In this document: positions 1-12,411 of the stretch, piece by piece
Position numbering within the stretch: position 1 is the stretch's first letter
Layout of the letters: the number at the start of each line of letters is the position of its first letter
Assembly (NCBI GenBank): GCA_951406725.2
Contig: OX597834.1
Coordinates: 33,790,001 to 33,854,000 of the forward strand
Length of the DNA stretch: 64,000 nt
Origin: Octopus vulgaris
Taxonomy: Eukaryota
Direction of reading: 5' to 3'
Program-made: the position numbers and the translations under genes
The notes under the pieces: model-generated
Told to the model about the DNA's origin: nothing
Databases searched by the model: none
What the model saw: only the letters and a program-made list of their open reading frames with translations

Positions 1-137
1 CTTTGACTTTCATCCTTTCGGGGTCGATAAATTAAGTACCAGTTACGCACTGGGGTCGATGTAATCGACTTAATCCGTTTGTCTGTCCTTGTTTGTCTCC
101 TCTGTGTTTAGCCCCTTGTGGGTAGTAAAGAAATAGA
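1..137 (+). mobile_element. tRNA-derived SINE (family A), 3' part
   Basis: Core CTTTCATCCTTTCGGGGTCGATAAATTAAGTACCAG and tail ...GGGTAGTAAAGAAATA, shared with many copies in the window. Confidence 0.8.
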
Positions 138-1080
138 TACATATTCCCAATTTTTTCAGCCATCAGAGTGGTCCCATAACTTGGGACTTATAAAAGCAAA
201 TCTTTTGAGTACTCAGAACGTATGAAACAATGGCGATCTAAACGACTGAAAATTAGCATGGACATTTATGACAAACTTTGGACAGACAAAAGGTTAAAAG
301 AAGTCGATGAAGGCTTGACCGAAGTGGGTGTCTTACCTCATTACTGTCAGCACCGTTTGCCATAAAGTCTTTTTAGCCATTGCCCCACCAGACCAGGAAA
401 AGCTGCCAAGCCAGCCTTGTTAATGCTGCGATCGCTATAATTGGATTATTCACCCCACCACACTCGAAGTTTCAGGCCCTGTGCCTATGTTATAGAGAAT
501 TATTTTGCTCAGATATTCTGCAAGAGTCATTTTTGTTCACAAAACACCATTTAAACACGAGTACGTTTTATGTATCTGAGTTAAGATTAAAATGTATTTT
601 GTTGATAAATGTCGTTCAATTACGGTAGAGGTTGAATATATTCTGAAGTCCACCATTTCGTCAATCGCAGCAGCTTCCAAGCTTCACCACTAATTCAGTT
701 CTCAACTAAATTGTAAACTGTTAATGGTTTTAAAGAAGACACCTCCTCAGCTACACATTGCCATAAATAGTTTGAAATTTGGTTCAGTAGAAAAAAGTTA
801 CATCAAAATATCTGCATCCTCAAGTGGAGGGGGGAGCAGTAAGGAAGATATTCATCTTCAATTAAAATAAATTAAAAAATTTTTAATTAAAAGTATATTT
901 TTCTTAGGCTTACATTATAGAAAAATGCATGAGGAATTCAGAACCGCTAGTCACATTGAAGAAAAACAGTTGTGAGGTAAGATGATACGAAATTTAATGT
1001 CAGTAAATAAGGAAGTAGGAAGTAACGCGCAAGCAATAAGAATAAAGAATATATTTCTAAAATGAATGTTTCCATCCTAA

Positions 1081-1780
1081 GGCAGCGAGCTGGCAGAAAC
1101 GTTAGCACGCCGGGTGAAATGCGTAGCCGTTACGTTCTGAGTTCAAATTCCGCCGAGGTTGAATTTGCCTTTCATCCTTTCGGGGTCGATAAATTAAGTA
1201 CCAGTTACACACTGGGGTCGATACAATCGACTTAACCCGTTTGTCTGTCCTTGTTTGTTTCCTCTGTGCTTAGCCGTTACGTTCTGAGTTCAAATTCCGC
1301 CGAGGTCGACTTTGCCTTTCATCCTTTTGGGGTCGATTAAATTAGTACCAGTTACAATCGACTTAATCTGTTTGTCTGTCCCTCTCTGTGTTTAGCCCCT
1401 TGTGGGTAGTAAAGAAATAGGTATTTCGTCTATCTCTATGTTTTGAGTTCAAATTTCGCCGACTTTGACATACAGATTATTTGATTAATTTTATATTTAA
1501 CTAAACCCTTTCAAACTTCCGATACTGGTAGAATGTGTCACATAGAACAGGGTTTACTCTTAACGTTTTTGACAAAATTTTGTGTTTTAGAAGCGGGATT
1601 CCGTCTGTCTTTATGTTCTGAGTTCAAATTCCGCCGAGGTCGACTTTGCTTTTCATTTATTTCGGATCTTGTCAATTAGACGCACAGATTATTTAATTAA
1701 TTTTTTTGTTAACTAAACACTTTAAAACTTCCGACACTGATAGAATGTATCACTAAGAACAGGGTTTACTCTTAAAATAT
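1081..1780 (+). mobile_element. SINE family A with internal/tandem duplications
   Basis: Head GGCAGCGAGCTGGCAGAAACGTTAGC, B-box-like GAGTTCAAATTCC repeated four times; 1421-1590 is duplicated at about 1600-1780. Confidence 0.75.
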
Positions 1781-2789
1781 TGCAGCTAAAATTAAAATGT
1801 GAACATTAAAACTTATTTTATTAGAGTTTACAAATAACACTATACTTATTTAAGTAGAATTTGGCTAATTTTCTACCTTAAATACAGAAAAAGTGACTAA
1901 TTAGGCAAACTTACAAATTAGCTGAACAGTTCTGTACAATAAATTTGAAAGACGAGAACTGTAAAGATTGATAAATTAGAAGAACTGGCATTCTTTGCTG
2001 CAATATTTTAAGTAACAAGTTTCTTATTCTTTACTTTACTAGAAGTAATTGCTTGTCCTATACTTTTACAGGTGTAATAACTTGTCCTGTACCTTTCCAG
2101 GTATATAATCTTAAGAATATGACATATCATGCTCGCATTTTCTCATGTAATAAAAATACAGACCAACAAATGAAATTAAAAAATGTGGACCTTGTGGAAA
2201 TTCAAAAAAATGTAACAAGGGAAGTAACTCTTAAACGGTTAAAACTAAAGACGATAATAATTATCTCCCTTACATTACAATTTCCTACTACATAAATATA
2301 TTTATTTGAGAAGTGAAAGGAGACAAAAACGGTACCTTACGGCATTTCTTCCAACATTTTATGCCCTGAGTTCAAATCCAGTCGCGGTCGACTCTGTCTT
2401 TCCTCCTTAAGATAAGTTCCAGTCAAGTATTGGAGGTTAACATAACAGATTGGCACCCTCCCCTCAAAGTTGCTTACCCCGTGCCAAAACTTAAAACTGT
2501 TATTATTATTATTAATTGTAAGGTGGCAAAGGTGTAGGTGTGATTGTGGGGTTAGAAGTTTGCTTCTCAGCCATAAGGTTCCCGTTTCAGTACCCCACCA
2601 TGTGTATGTATACACTGACCTGGGGCGAACAATAGCGATAATAACGAGTCAATAAGTAAAACTCAACGTGGTTGTACGTCCTGCTAGAAATAGCAGCCAA
2701 ATTACTCTCAAATCATATTCTTCTTTACTCCCCTCCCCCACCAAAAAAAAAAAAAAAAGACATTGGAATAACGTAATCCTAGATACACT

Positions 2790-3160
2790 GTGTACTCATA
2801 TTTTCTTTTACTTGTTTCAGTGATTGGACCTCTGCCATGCTGGAGCACCGCTTTGAAGGGTTTTAGTCGAACAAATCGGTCCGAGTACGTATCTTTAATT
2901 CTGGAACTTATTCTATCGATCTCCATTGTCGAACTGCCAAGTTATGGGGACGTAAACAAGCCAACACCGGTTGCCAAGTGAAGGTGGTAGGGACAATCAC
3001 AGACACGTACACACATACATACATACGTATTCATTCACAAGGCTTTGATCGGTCCCAGACTAGTGTAGATGACACCCACGGTGCCATGCAGTAGGACTGA
3101 ACCTGAAACCATAGGGCCGCTGAGCGAGCTCCTCAACAACACAGCCATGCCTGCGCCTAC
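2790..3160 (-). mobile_element. Adjacent SINE copies (core-type plus tRNA-head family B)
   Basis: Reverse strand has a head like GGCTGTGTTGTTGAGG...GGTTCAGTCCTACTGCATGGCACC; the same composite recurs at 7430-7800, 30290-30625, 57500-57875. Confidence 0.65.
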
Positions 3161-3329
3161 CTGAGCCAAAAAAAAAAATAAATAAAATAAAACGCGAAGG
3201 TCACAACTGGAATGTCTTTTCATCGTAAGTTTGTCTTCCGGGTCAAGGTGCTTCCTACTGACCTAGGGCTAAAGACAATACGCTAACACCAAACAGCTGT
3301 TTCACTTAGGAAGAGGTAATTTAAAACAC

Positions 3330-3370
3330 TGTGATTGGTCGAAATCTAGTTCTCAACAACCAATCAGATT
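3330..3370 (+). promoter_or_regulatory. Candidate ASB8 promoter: pair of oppositely oriented CCAAT (NF-Y) boxes
   Basis: GTGATTGGTC at 3331-3340 and AACCAATCAG at 3358-3367 in repeat-free sequence, just upstream of strong + strand donors. Confidence 0.4.
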
Positions 3371-3379
3371 TGAGTTTAC

Positions 3380-3755
3380 ACTTTTCGTCGGTGTTTACTT
3401 ATAAGCTCCGACACTCAATATGCTGGAAGAACGTGATTATTGTTGATCAAGGTAAGACTTGAACCAGCTTCCTCTCTATTTCCTTCTTTCTCTCGCTTAT
3501 ATTGTTCCTCTCTTTTTCTTCCCACTTTCCTCCCCCCACGGCTGTTACCTGTCAGCAATTATTCATAGAAGATACAGTGAAAAACACTGCTTAAGTCCTG
3601 GAAGTGTTCTACTAGTGTTCATTTCTTGAGACAGAATTTAGCTGAAGGAAAGTTTTAGGAGTTTAAAAAGAAGAGAAAAAAATATTAATTTGCATCCGTT
3701 TAATTATGATATTTTCTCTAACCTGGACGAGCTGGATATCGATAGTTCGCTTTTG
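3380..3755 (+). other. Candidate non-coding first exon(s) of ASB8
   Basis: Donors AAG|GTAAGA (exon end 3451) and TTG|GTAAGT (exon end 3755) in unique sequence; start coordinate approximate. Confidence 0.35.
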
Positions 3756-3791
3756 GTAAGTCTTTACTAAATTACCAAATTATTTATCTTA

Positions 3792-3889
<98 letters not shown>

Positions 3890-4372
3890 CTGAACGCCTT
3901 ACTTCTTCCCTGGGCATGGACACATTGAAACTCCGAGGTCTGGCAGCTGACTTGGCAGACACCCATAAAATTATTAACCATCTTACAAACAATAACTCTG
4001 AGCACTTTTTCAAACTCCACCCGTCTAACACCCGTGAACATATTTACAAAGTCAGGAAACAGCACGGCTCCCATGACTTCAGGAAACATTTTTTCACTCT
4101 GAGAGTTGCTGAAGCATGGAACAAACTCCCGGCATCAGTTGTTAGTTGTCGGAGCACTGCATCCTTCAAAACTTCCATGCTTCCTAAGATTCGCCAACAC
4201 TACACCTGATTTTCTCCCCTCCATACACACACACAAGCATGTATCTGATTCATACACTGTTCGCTTTCCAGACATTTGTACGTTACTGCATATATTTTAT
4301 AGGCACTATCTGACAATTTGTGGTGCACCTGAGCACTGTATACAATAATTTCATTATTATTATTATTATTAT
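3890..4372 (+). mobile_element. CR1-type LINE, 5'-truncated 3' end
   Basis: ORF 3916-4209 ...NTREHIYKVRKQ...RKHFFTLRVAEAWNKLPASVV...FK matches the CR1/L2 ORF2 C-terminal pattern; 3'UTR ends in an (ATT)n tail. Confidence 0.8.
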
Positions 4373-4512
4373 ATACCTGGTGTGTCTTCTTCATTCTACG
4401 AGACCACGAAACTTCAGGTTGTACAGAGCTGAGTCAAACTATTATTTAATAATATATGTAACCCTACCAATTATGAGTTCCACATTCATTCGTACGTCCA
4501 CTCACTCGTGTA

Positions 4513-4551
<39 letters not shown>

Positions 4552-4706
4552 TATATTATATTTATTATTCTTTTTATACCTTTTGGAGAAAAAAAATTAA
4601 AATTTTATATATATTATATTAATTATGTTTATATTATTTATTTATTTATTGGTTTATCTCTATAATTGTTTGAGTTGCCTAACAGTGGTTTTATCTCTAA
4701 TTCATA

Positions 4707-4747
<41 letters not shown>

Positions 4748-4749
4748 CT

Positions 4750-4917
4750 AGTCTTGTTCACGACTTACACTCTTCTTGTATTCCTGACTACTAACCTTGC
4801 TCACGACTTACACTCTTGTATTCCTGACTACTAACCTCGTTCACGACTTACACTCTTCTTGTATTCCTGACTACTAACCTTGTTCCCGAGTTACACTCTT
4901 CTTTTATTCCTGACTAG
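4750..4917. repeat. About 43-bp tandem repeat, 4 copies
   Basis: CTTGTTCACGACTTACACTCTTCTTGTATTCCTGACTACTAAC repeated with small indels. Confidence 0.85.
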
Positions 4918-5060
4918 GTTACATTCAATTGAAGAATTAGACTTTTCTGTTATATATATGTTTGGATACACACACACACACACATATATGTATATTAATA
5001 TAAGTACATAAAGTTTGTTAAAAAAAAGGGGATTATCTATATACCTCCTGGCTGTTGAGA

Positions 5061-7025
5061 TTATAACACCTCGTTGTAAACAATGTTCCTTGTTTTTCTT
5101 TGTGGAGCATATACAAAAAGGTTTCTTTTGGTTCCTACTCTTGAGCAGCCAACATACAGTTGCCCATGCGAGAAGCAGGGCTCTTCCAAGAGAAGACCAG
5201 CTACAGAGAGGGTTTGACCCTGAGATTTGTTAATGGACATGGCAAAGCTGACACGAAGGGGGAATTGCAGTCTTCTGAATGTAAATGGAATTTCTGCTCT
5301 TGATTGAGTAAGAGGAAATCTTGGAATAGACATCACCTTTTCCACATCCAGAAAGAATGATCGCCTCGATAACGTGTGACATCATTTTCTTTATCACCAG
5401 TCGTGTTCCATTGCAAAGTCTTGGTGGTTCCAGATTGCGGAGTAGCATTACAGGAGTTCCAACTTTAAGCGCTAATATGTGTGGAGGTAGTCCAGGAGGC
5501 TCCAGTGAATTGAGAAATTCAGGAGGATAGTTCACAACTTCATTTATATCTGGAATTGTATCAACTGACTTGTAAGTGTGTATACTGCCGGGAAGAGAAT
5601 GCATTAGCTGTTGATTAATTTTATTAACAGCGACGTTTTTGGAGCTAATATTGTTCTTTCACACAGCCAATTGTGATTTTGGTAGTTTTGTGTGAAGTTG
5701 GGAAAGACTTTGTTTTTGAGGTCATCTACAGAATTAACAACAGAGGAAAATGACCACACTTCCATTTGTCCTGCAGCATCGAGAGGCATCTTGCCTTCAC
5801 CAAGTGTCAAAATGTTCTGTGCAAACTTTGTGGACATTTTGTCACCGTGTAGCTGAGCTCTCATGTTAGTGGTGAGACTGAGGATTGTAACATGCCACAG
5901 GGTAGAGGACTTTAGGCATGCTTGGACTTCATCTACTCTAGTGCTTTTTGGAATGACAGGAAGAGTTTGCCTGAAATCACCTGACAACAGAAGCGTTACA
6001 CCTTCCATTGGAGCCTGACAGTCTCGGATGTCTTTCAGGGCTCTATCTAATGCTTCCAAAGCTCCCTTGTGAGCCATAGTCCACTCATCCCAGACAATTA
6101 GATGACACATTTTAAGTACTTTTCTCTGATCTGGGCTTTTGTTGATGTTGCATGAAGGCATTTCGGATGCTGCTAAATTGAGAGGGAGTTTAAAAGTTGA
6201 GCGTGCTGTCCTGCCACCGGGTAACAAAGTAGCTGCAATGCCAGAGGAGGCTACAGCTACTGCAATGTCCTGATGCTGCCTAACTTCTGCAAGGAGAAGC
6301 TTTGTAATAAATGTTTTTCCTGTCCCTCCAGGAGCATCGAGGAAGAAGATTTGTCCTTCGCATTGGCGTACAGTGATAAGAATAGTTCTGTAGGCCTGCA
6401 GCTGGTCTGGAAGTAATTTAGGCTCATTTTCAACAATGTACTTTGAAAGCGCTTGAGTGTCATAGGTTGTTTCACGAATGACAGCAGTGGGAAGGCTATT
6501 TGACCCTGATCTGAATGCTTGTGGCAGGCCATACGTCGACAATTCATCTCCACCCAGTTTAGCAATTCTGTCTTCAATGTGAATGAGTGTTTTGTTATAG
6601 ATTTCATTGCTGATACCCTCCATGTCAGGATAGAGCAGTTGAGCTTGGCGCTGAAAGTCTTCAGCCAGGTTGTCTCTATATTTGAGCCATAGAGTGGCCA
6701 GATCACACAGTTCGCATGCCTGTAGTAATAGTGCCCTGAGACTTTTAGGTGATTGTGATAAAGCAGCCTCTCCTAAAGTTGCATCCCATTGTGCACCATC
6801 TTCTAACAGACCTTGTCGATAGCAGGCTTCTCTGTATGTTGTGCAGACATGTCCATGAACGGTTTTTAGGGCCTGGAAAGACGTTGGCCCTCTGACCTCA
6901 TGCAATAGTAGACGAAGGTAGAAGCACTCTTGTTGAGTGGGATGCACTGTGTATACTCGCCCAAGGCAAGTGTGAAACTTAATGCCAGGGTATCCATGAA
7001 CATTTTGACCTGCTTTCCGTGGGGC
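5061..7025 (-). mobile_element. Helitron RepHel relic (Pif1-family helicase part), frameshifted pseudogene
   Basis: ECFYLRLLL..VRGPTSF, Walker A LDAPGGTGKT, IVWDE, GDFRQTLPV, LRNL..LCNGTRL, QFPLRVSFAMSINKSQGQT, FSHGQLYVGCSRV spread over three frames (5604-6947, 5230-5604, 5061-5345). Confidence 0.93.
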
Positions 7026-8273
7026 CTTTATATAATATAATATATATTTGCCTATATATTTATATTGTGTCTGAGGAGAGACATTATCTTTTTGTGGGTT
7101 ATTAACACACCAGTAAAATTTCCACTCATTTCTTAATTTTTTCTAAAATTCGCACAAAGAATCTTGCAAACCAAATCCCAAAACTATATATATATATATA
7201 TATACACTTTGTTGAAATGGTTAAACTCGAACCTTAAAATATAGTGTGTAAATATTGGGTAAAAAAAACCCTTTATACAAATACATTTTCTTTTATTTTT
7301 CTGCTCATTATTTCCTCCTGTTTTCTCCATAAGAACAACATCACTATCATATCCCTTTTCCCCTTCTTTCTTTTTACTCTAGTACTCTCTCTCTCTCTCT
7401 CTCTCCCCATATATATATATATATTTGTCATGCTGGGGTACCGCCTTGAAGGGTTTTAGTCAAAGAAATCGACGCCAGGACTTATTTTTTAAAGCCTGGT
7501 AATTATTCTATAGGTGCCTGTTACCGAACCGCTAAGGTACAGAGACGTAAGCACAACACCGGTTGTCAAGTGATGGTAGGGGACAGACAAACATACATAC
7601 ATTTATATGTATATATATATATATACACACACACACATACACGACGGGCTTCTTCCAGTTTCTGTCTACCAAATGCATTCACAAGGTTTTGGTCTGCCCA
7701 AGGCTTATAGTAGAAGACACGCAAGGTGCCACGCAGTGGTTCTGTACCTAGAACCATGTGGCTGGGAAGCAGGCTTCTGTTCACACAGCTACGCCTGTGC
7801 CTATAAATGTATAAAATTTAATTATATATAATAACCCCATGCAAGCACTTTGTATTGCTCCACCACGTCCTTCTCCCCGAGGGCAAATAAAAGAGATTAT
7901 CGGCATTATTATTATTATTTGTAAGTTATTCCAACTTCTTCGTCTATTTTCTAATCTTACTATAAATGACAGTATTTCATGATAAATTAAACACCGACAA
8001 CTACAGTCCACATATAATTTACTTTTACAAGTTTCCGCCTCTTAGAAACCTCTTTAAATTTACATCTGCATTACTATTGTGCAACGTGGATCCTATCAAT
8101 TATTTTGTTTTTCACCGTCATTTATAAAATGTGATAGGAACACATTCCTTTCTTTTTTCGGAATATCTTGTGAGCACAGGGCTGTCTTGGGCCTAGTCAA
8201 AAACAACTATTACACGAGGTGTTCAATTTACGGAGGAGTTTTTGAAGTCCTGTCCCCTTGAAGTTCTATACCC

Positions 8274-8447
8274 AGTGGCGTAGCTAGAGTGTGTGTGTTG
8301 CCTGGAGCAGGCCTTAAGTTTACCGCGCGCCACCCCTATGGGACTCCATGCCTATACAAACTTATACAGCAGCCCCATAAGTGCCAGCTACATAAAGGTG
8401 TCGTCGGAGGTGAACCAGCCCCTTGCACCTGCGAAGCTGCGTTACTG
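8274..8447. mobile_element. hAT-like MITE
   Basis: Imperfect TIRs CAGTGGCGTAGC ... GCTGCGTTACTG; a related copy lies at about 28297-28466. Confidence 0.5.
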
Positions 8448-8471
8448 CCATAACTCTTGGGAAAAGAAACA

Positions 8472-8710
8472 GAGTTTTAGAGTAGTTGTCCTTGGGAGTT
8501 CCATATCACTGGGAAACGAAAAACATACTCCCTTTTTTTTTCTTTCCATGAGTTTTGGAGTAGTTGTCCTTGGGAGTTCCATATCACTGGGAAACGAAAA
8601 ACATACTCCCTTTTTTTTTCTTTCCATGAGTTTTGGAGTAGTTGTCCTTGGGAGTTCCATATCACTGGGAAACAAAAAACATACTCCCCTTTTTTTTTTT
8701 TCCTTTCCAT
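8472..8710. repeat. 78-bp tandem repeat, 3 copies
   Basis: Units start at 8472, 8550 and 8628 (GAGTTTTGGAGTAGTTGTCCTTGGGAGTTCC...); this explains the 26-aa repeats in the overlapping ORFs. Confidence 0.9.
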
Positions 8711-9033
8711 CATTCCTGAGTTTCATACAACGGAAATTACACGTCTAGATAACAAATTCCACCCCACCCCCCAAATTGCCAATTTCAGTGCTGTACCCCA
8801 CCCCCCGCTTCTCAACACATTTCCTTTCCTACAAAGTATGACCGCTGTTCGTAAACACCGCAAGACTTTCCTGTATGGAAGTTATTTTACGCAACTCCTT
8901 GAGAAAACGGACAAATAGACATGACGATAATCAGTTTTAGCAAAAATTTATTTTAAAGCTCCATCATATGGGATCCAGCTCGTCAACTGGTATTAAGTTT
9001 TAGCCATCATGGGTACAAGTGTCTTCCGTTAAA

Positions 9034-9099
<66 letters not shown>

Positions 9100-9105
<6 letters not shown>

Positions 9106-9860
9106 GGCTTCTTTCAGTTTCTGCCAACCAAATCCACTCACAAGGCTTTGGTTGGCCCTAGGCAATAGTTGAAGACACTTCCTTAAGGTGCCATGCAGTG
9201 GGACTGAACCTAGAACCATGTGGTTGGGAAGCTAATGGTCCTGCTACATGGTGAGGTGGAAGAATGATTAACATGTTGGGCAAAATGCTCAGTGGCATTT
9301 CTTCTAGCCTTTTACATTCCGAGTTCAAATCCCAGCGAGGTTCATCCTTCAGGGGTGATGAAATAAGCACCAGTTGAGCACTGGTGGGGGTTGATGTAAT
9401 CGGTTTACCCTCTCCACTGAAATTTCAAGCCTTGTGCCTATAGTAGGAAGGATTATTATTATTAGAGTGGTGTGTTGGCAGAATTGTTAGAGGTTTGTAC
9501 AAAATGCTTAGCTGCATTTCTTTTAATTCATTATATCCTGAGTTCAAATCCCCACGATCAACTCAGCCTTTCATACTCTTGTGGTGGGGGGTCCTTGTGC
9601 TATTCTCAGAAAGAGTTTTTGATTTATTGTTATTTGGCAGCGAGCTGGCAAAATCATTAGCATGCCGCGCGAAACGCTTTTCGGCATTTTCTCTGTTCTT
9701 ATGTTCTGTGTTCAAATTCTGCCATGGTCGACTTTACCTTTCATCCTTTCGAGGTCGATGAAATAAGTACCAGTTGACCCCTTGGGTCGATATAACCGAC
9801 TTGCCCCACCCGCTCTCCTAAAATTTCAAGCCTTGTGTCTAAAACAAAAGATTATTATTT
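9100..9860. mobile_element. Cluster of SINE copies (family B on -, three family A on +)
   Basis: Repeated heads GAGCTGGCAGAAT..GTTAG, GAGTTCAAAT, CTTTCATCCTT cores and (ATT)n tails. Confidence 0.7.
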
Positions 9861-10105
9861 ATCCACTTCTGATTTCTCTGTCTATGTTATATCTCAGTTC
9901 CATCCTGCAGCTTTGGAGACGCAACACTTTTCTCGACACACAAGCTGTTCCAAGGACTGCTGCCAACTGAGTGCTTCCTATGAAGTTTGCTATTTGCAAC
10001 TTTTGTTGCCAGAATATTGCTTCCTTTGAGACGGGTTCCAAATGCACCAATCACAATAGGTACCATAATAATTTTTGTGGCTCTATGGATGCATTTCTCT
10101 TCTTC

Positions 10106-10137
<32 letters not shown>

Positions 10138-10205
10138 TTTTTTTATTATTCCAACATTGAACTGCTGTTATATAGCATCGGTGATATATCTCGTATTGCA
10201 GAGCA

Positions 10206-10436
10206 ATGTGGTATATAATGGAGACGGTACAACGGTCGTATGAAATGTCTGAAAGACTGATCAGGGCCATCAGCAACTGGAACTTGGTGGACCAACCTTT
10301 CGATGATGATATAGAAGAACTAATCAACAACGGTGCCGATGTGAACCAACCCCATGGCTCTTTGCTTCCATTGCACTGTACATGCATGGTCAGTGATGCT
10401 GAGTGTCTGCAACTGTTGCTGCAAAATGGTGCCAGA
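10206..10436 (+). CDS. ASB8: Ankyrin repeat and SOCS box protein 8, coding exon 1 (77 aa)
   Basis: MWYIMETVQRSYEMSERLIRAI...GADVNQPHGSLLPLHCTCMVSDAECLQLLLQNGAR closely resembles the vertebrate ASB8 N-terminus; acceptor ttgcag ends at 10201; donor AGA|gtaagt, phase 0. Confidence 0.93.
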
Positions 10437-11333
10437 GTAAGTAGAAATGATAAAGAAAATCTGAAGGGTTTTGTGGGTTGTGTTTAAGGGTTGTGTCATT
10501 GAGCATGTTATTCCCCAGTCCAACGCTTTTGAAGTTGATTTTGATTTGCTGCCTTGGGCAAGTTCCTCCTTGTCTTCTACCAGAAACATGAGTTAATTGG
10601 AACTGTGTGAGTGAAGTTTTCTTGGATAAGTGAAAGCTTGATGAATCTGTGTGTGTATACATATATACACACACCCATACGTATATTCACATACACACAT
10701 GTGAAAGCATTCGGCCTAGTGGTTAGGGTGTTGCACTCATGATCTCTAGATCGTGGGTTCAATTTCTGGACTGAACAGCACCTTATGTTCTTGAGCAAAA
10801 CTCTTTATTTCATGTTGCCCCAGTCCCCTCAGCTGTAAACAGATCACCCTGTGACAGCATAGTCTTCCAATCAAGGGGAATGTTGGCCTGCTTGCATAGC
10901 CAGCAGGGTGGCATCATTCAAAAGCTAAAACAAAGCAAAACACATTGTGACCAGTGATGTATAACATCCGATAGTTTGGTCAATCACATGAGATATATAT
11001 ACACTACCTCATGTTCCTGAGATTCATATCTACATCTTTATCTGTATATTTACCTTCCCTAAGATGTTACTAATTGATCTGAGAACTTTATATTATTGGA
11101 AAACCTATATAAAATTAGCTGAAGATTACTCGACATATTAAATCTGCTGTAATATTTACAGCTTTTAATAAAATGTTGTAGTATGAAACAATTGTACTAA
11201 ATTACCGGATCCATTCTTGTTGCTTATTTTTTATTATAATCACCCCGCATATTTTTATGGGTAATACCATAAAAAAATTCTGGTGCATCTAAATTAAGTA
11301 CCATATTCATTTGAATCTAAATTGTTTGGTGAA

Positions 11334-11379
<46 letters not shown>

Positions 11380-11380
<1 letters not shown>

Positions 11381-11585
11381 AGTGTGGCTGTTGCCAGTAG
11401 CACCTGACTGGCCCTTGTGCCGGTGGCACGTAAAAGCACCCACTACACTCTCGGAGTGGTTGGCGTTAGGAAGAGCATCCAGCTGTAGAAACTCTGCCAG
11501 ATTAGATTGGAGTCTGGTGCAGCCATCTGGTTTGCCAGTCCTCAGTCAAATCGTCCAACCCATGGAAAGCGGACATTAAATGATA
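11380..11585 (+). mobile_element. RTE-LINE 3'UTR-derived repeat
   Basis: GGTGGCACGTAAAAGCACCCACTACACTCTCGGAGTGGTTGGCGTTAGGAAG...(TGA)n; other copies at 13320-13720, 17840-18095, 33020-33325, 41440-41610, 57135-57455. Confidence 0.7.
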
Positions 11586-12368
11586 AAGGTGTCAGTTACA
11601 ACATCCATTGGAAGATCTTAGCCAAGTGTAAGCCTTACACCAGCGGCAGTGCAAAGTGCGGTCTTTGTGATATGGAAAGATGGCTCACCTGGAAAAGCAG
11701 CTTAGACCCTGCTTCATGTCTAAATTCAAGAACTGAACTTTTTGGATTATGTCCACTCGTAGCCAAATATTATGTTTTTGGTCCCACCTAGATCACAGAT
11801 AGAACTTGCTTTTTATATTGTGTCCACGTACAAGCTTTTTATCTCTCTATACATTTTGCATATATTTCTTATATATTTTTTACATATTTATAGAGATATG
11901 TTTTTATTGCTTTATATATTTTTATACATTTTTTCTGTATTTTACCTTTCACCCTGCATTTTTCTTGTGCATGTGCATATTTTAGACGTGTATAGGAACT
12001 TTTTTGTGTGTGGGTATGTATATTTTTTTGACGTATGTGTGGGTGCGCATGTGTGTGTTTCAAGTGAGTGTGGATGAGCATATGCATATAGGCACATGTA
12101 CGTGGGTGTGCGATTGCTATGAGTATTTTTACTCCTTTACTTTTTACTTCCTCCCCTTTGGTTTTTTTCCCCCTTATTTAACGGTCATTCTAATAGCTCT
12201 TTTGTCTTAATAACAGTCAATTACACTGTAGTTTCCCTTTGTTTAATAGTCATTTTCATAGCATATTTGGATTGCCTCGATAACTGAAGTGATGCCGGTG
12301 CAGGTTTCCACCCCGACAGCCGAAACTCAGTTTTATTATGGCAAGTAAATAATTGTCACATATATTAC

Positions 12369-12370
<2 letters not shown>
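11585..12370 (+). mobile_element. Penelope-like element 3' fragment (GIY-YIG endonuclease C-terminus plus degenerate hammerhead)
   Basis: KGVSYNIHWKILAKCKPYTSGSAKCGLCDMERW...CLNSRTELFGLCP fits the Penelope EN C-terminal pattern (W.IL....PY......C.LC..EK...LN.R.EL...C); ends with GATAA-CTGAAGT..GAAACTCAGTT-TTAT, then (TA)n. Confidence 0.75.

Positions 12371-12407
<37 letters not shown>

Positions 12408-12411
<4 letters not shown>

Noticed and set aside
150-860. Possible decayed DNA-transposon fragments / 82-aa ORF
   Set aside because: No recognisable motif or termini could be confirmed by eye
1081-1155. tRNA gene
   Set aside because: A/B-box-like head of a multi-copy SINE; no complete cloverleaf seen
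8293-8748. 151-aa ORF with 26-aa repeats
   Set aside because: Product of the 78-bp tandem repeat plus a MITE; no coding signature
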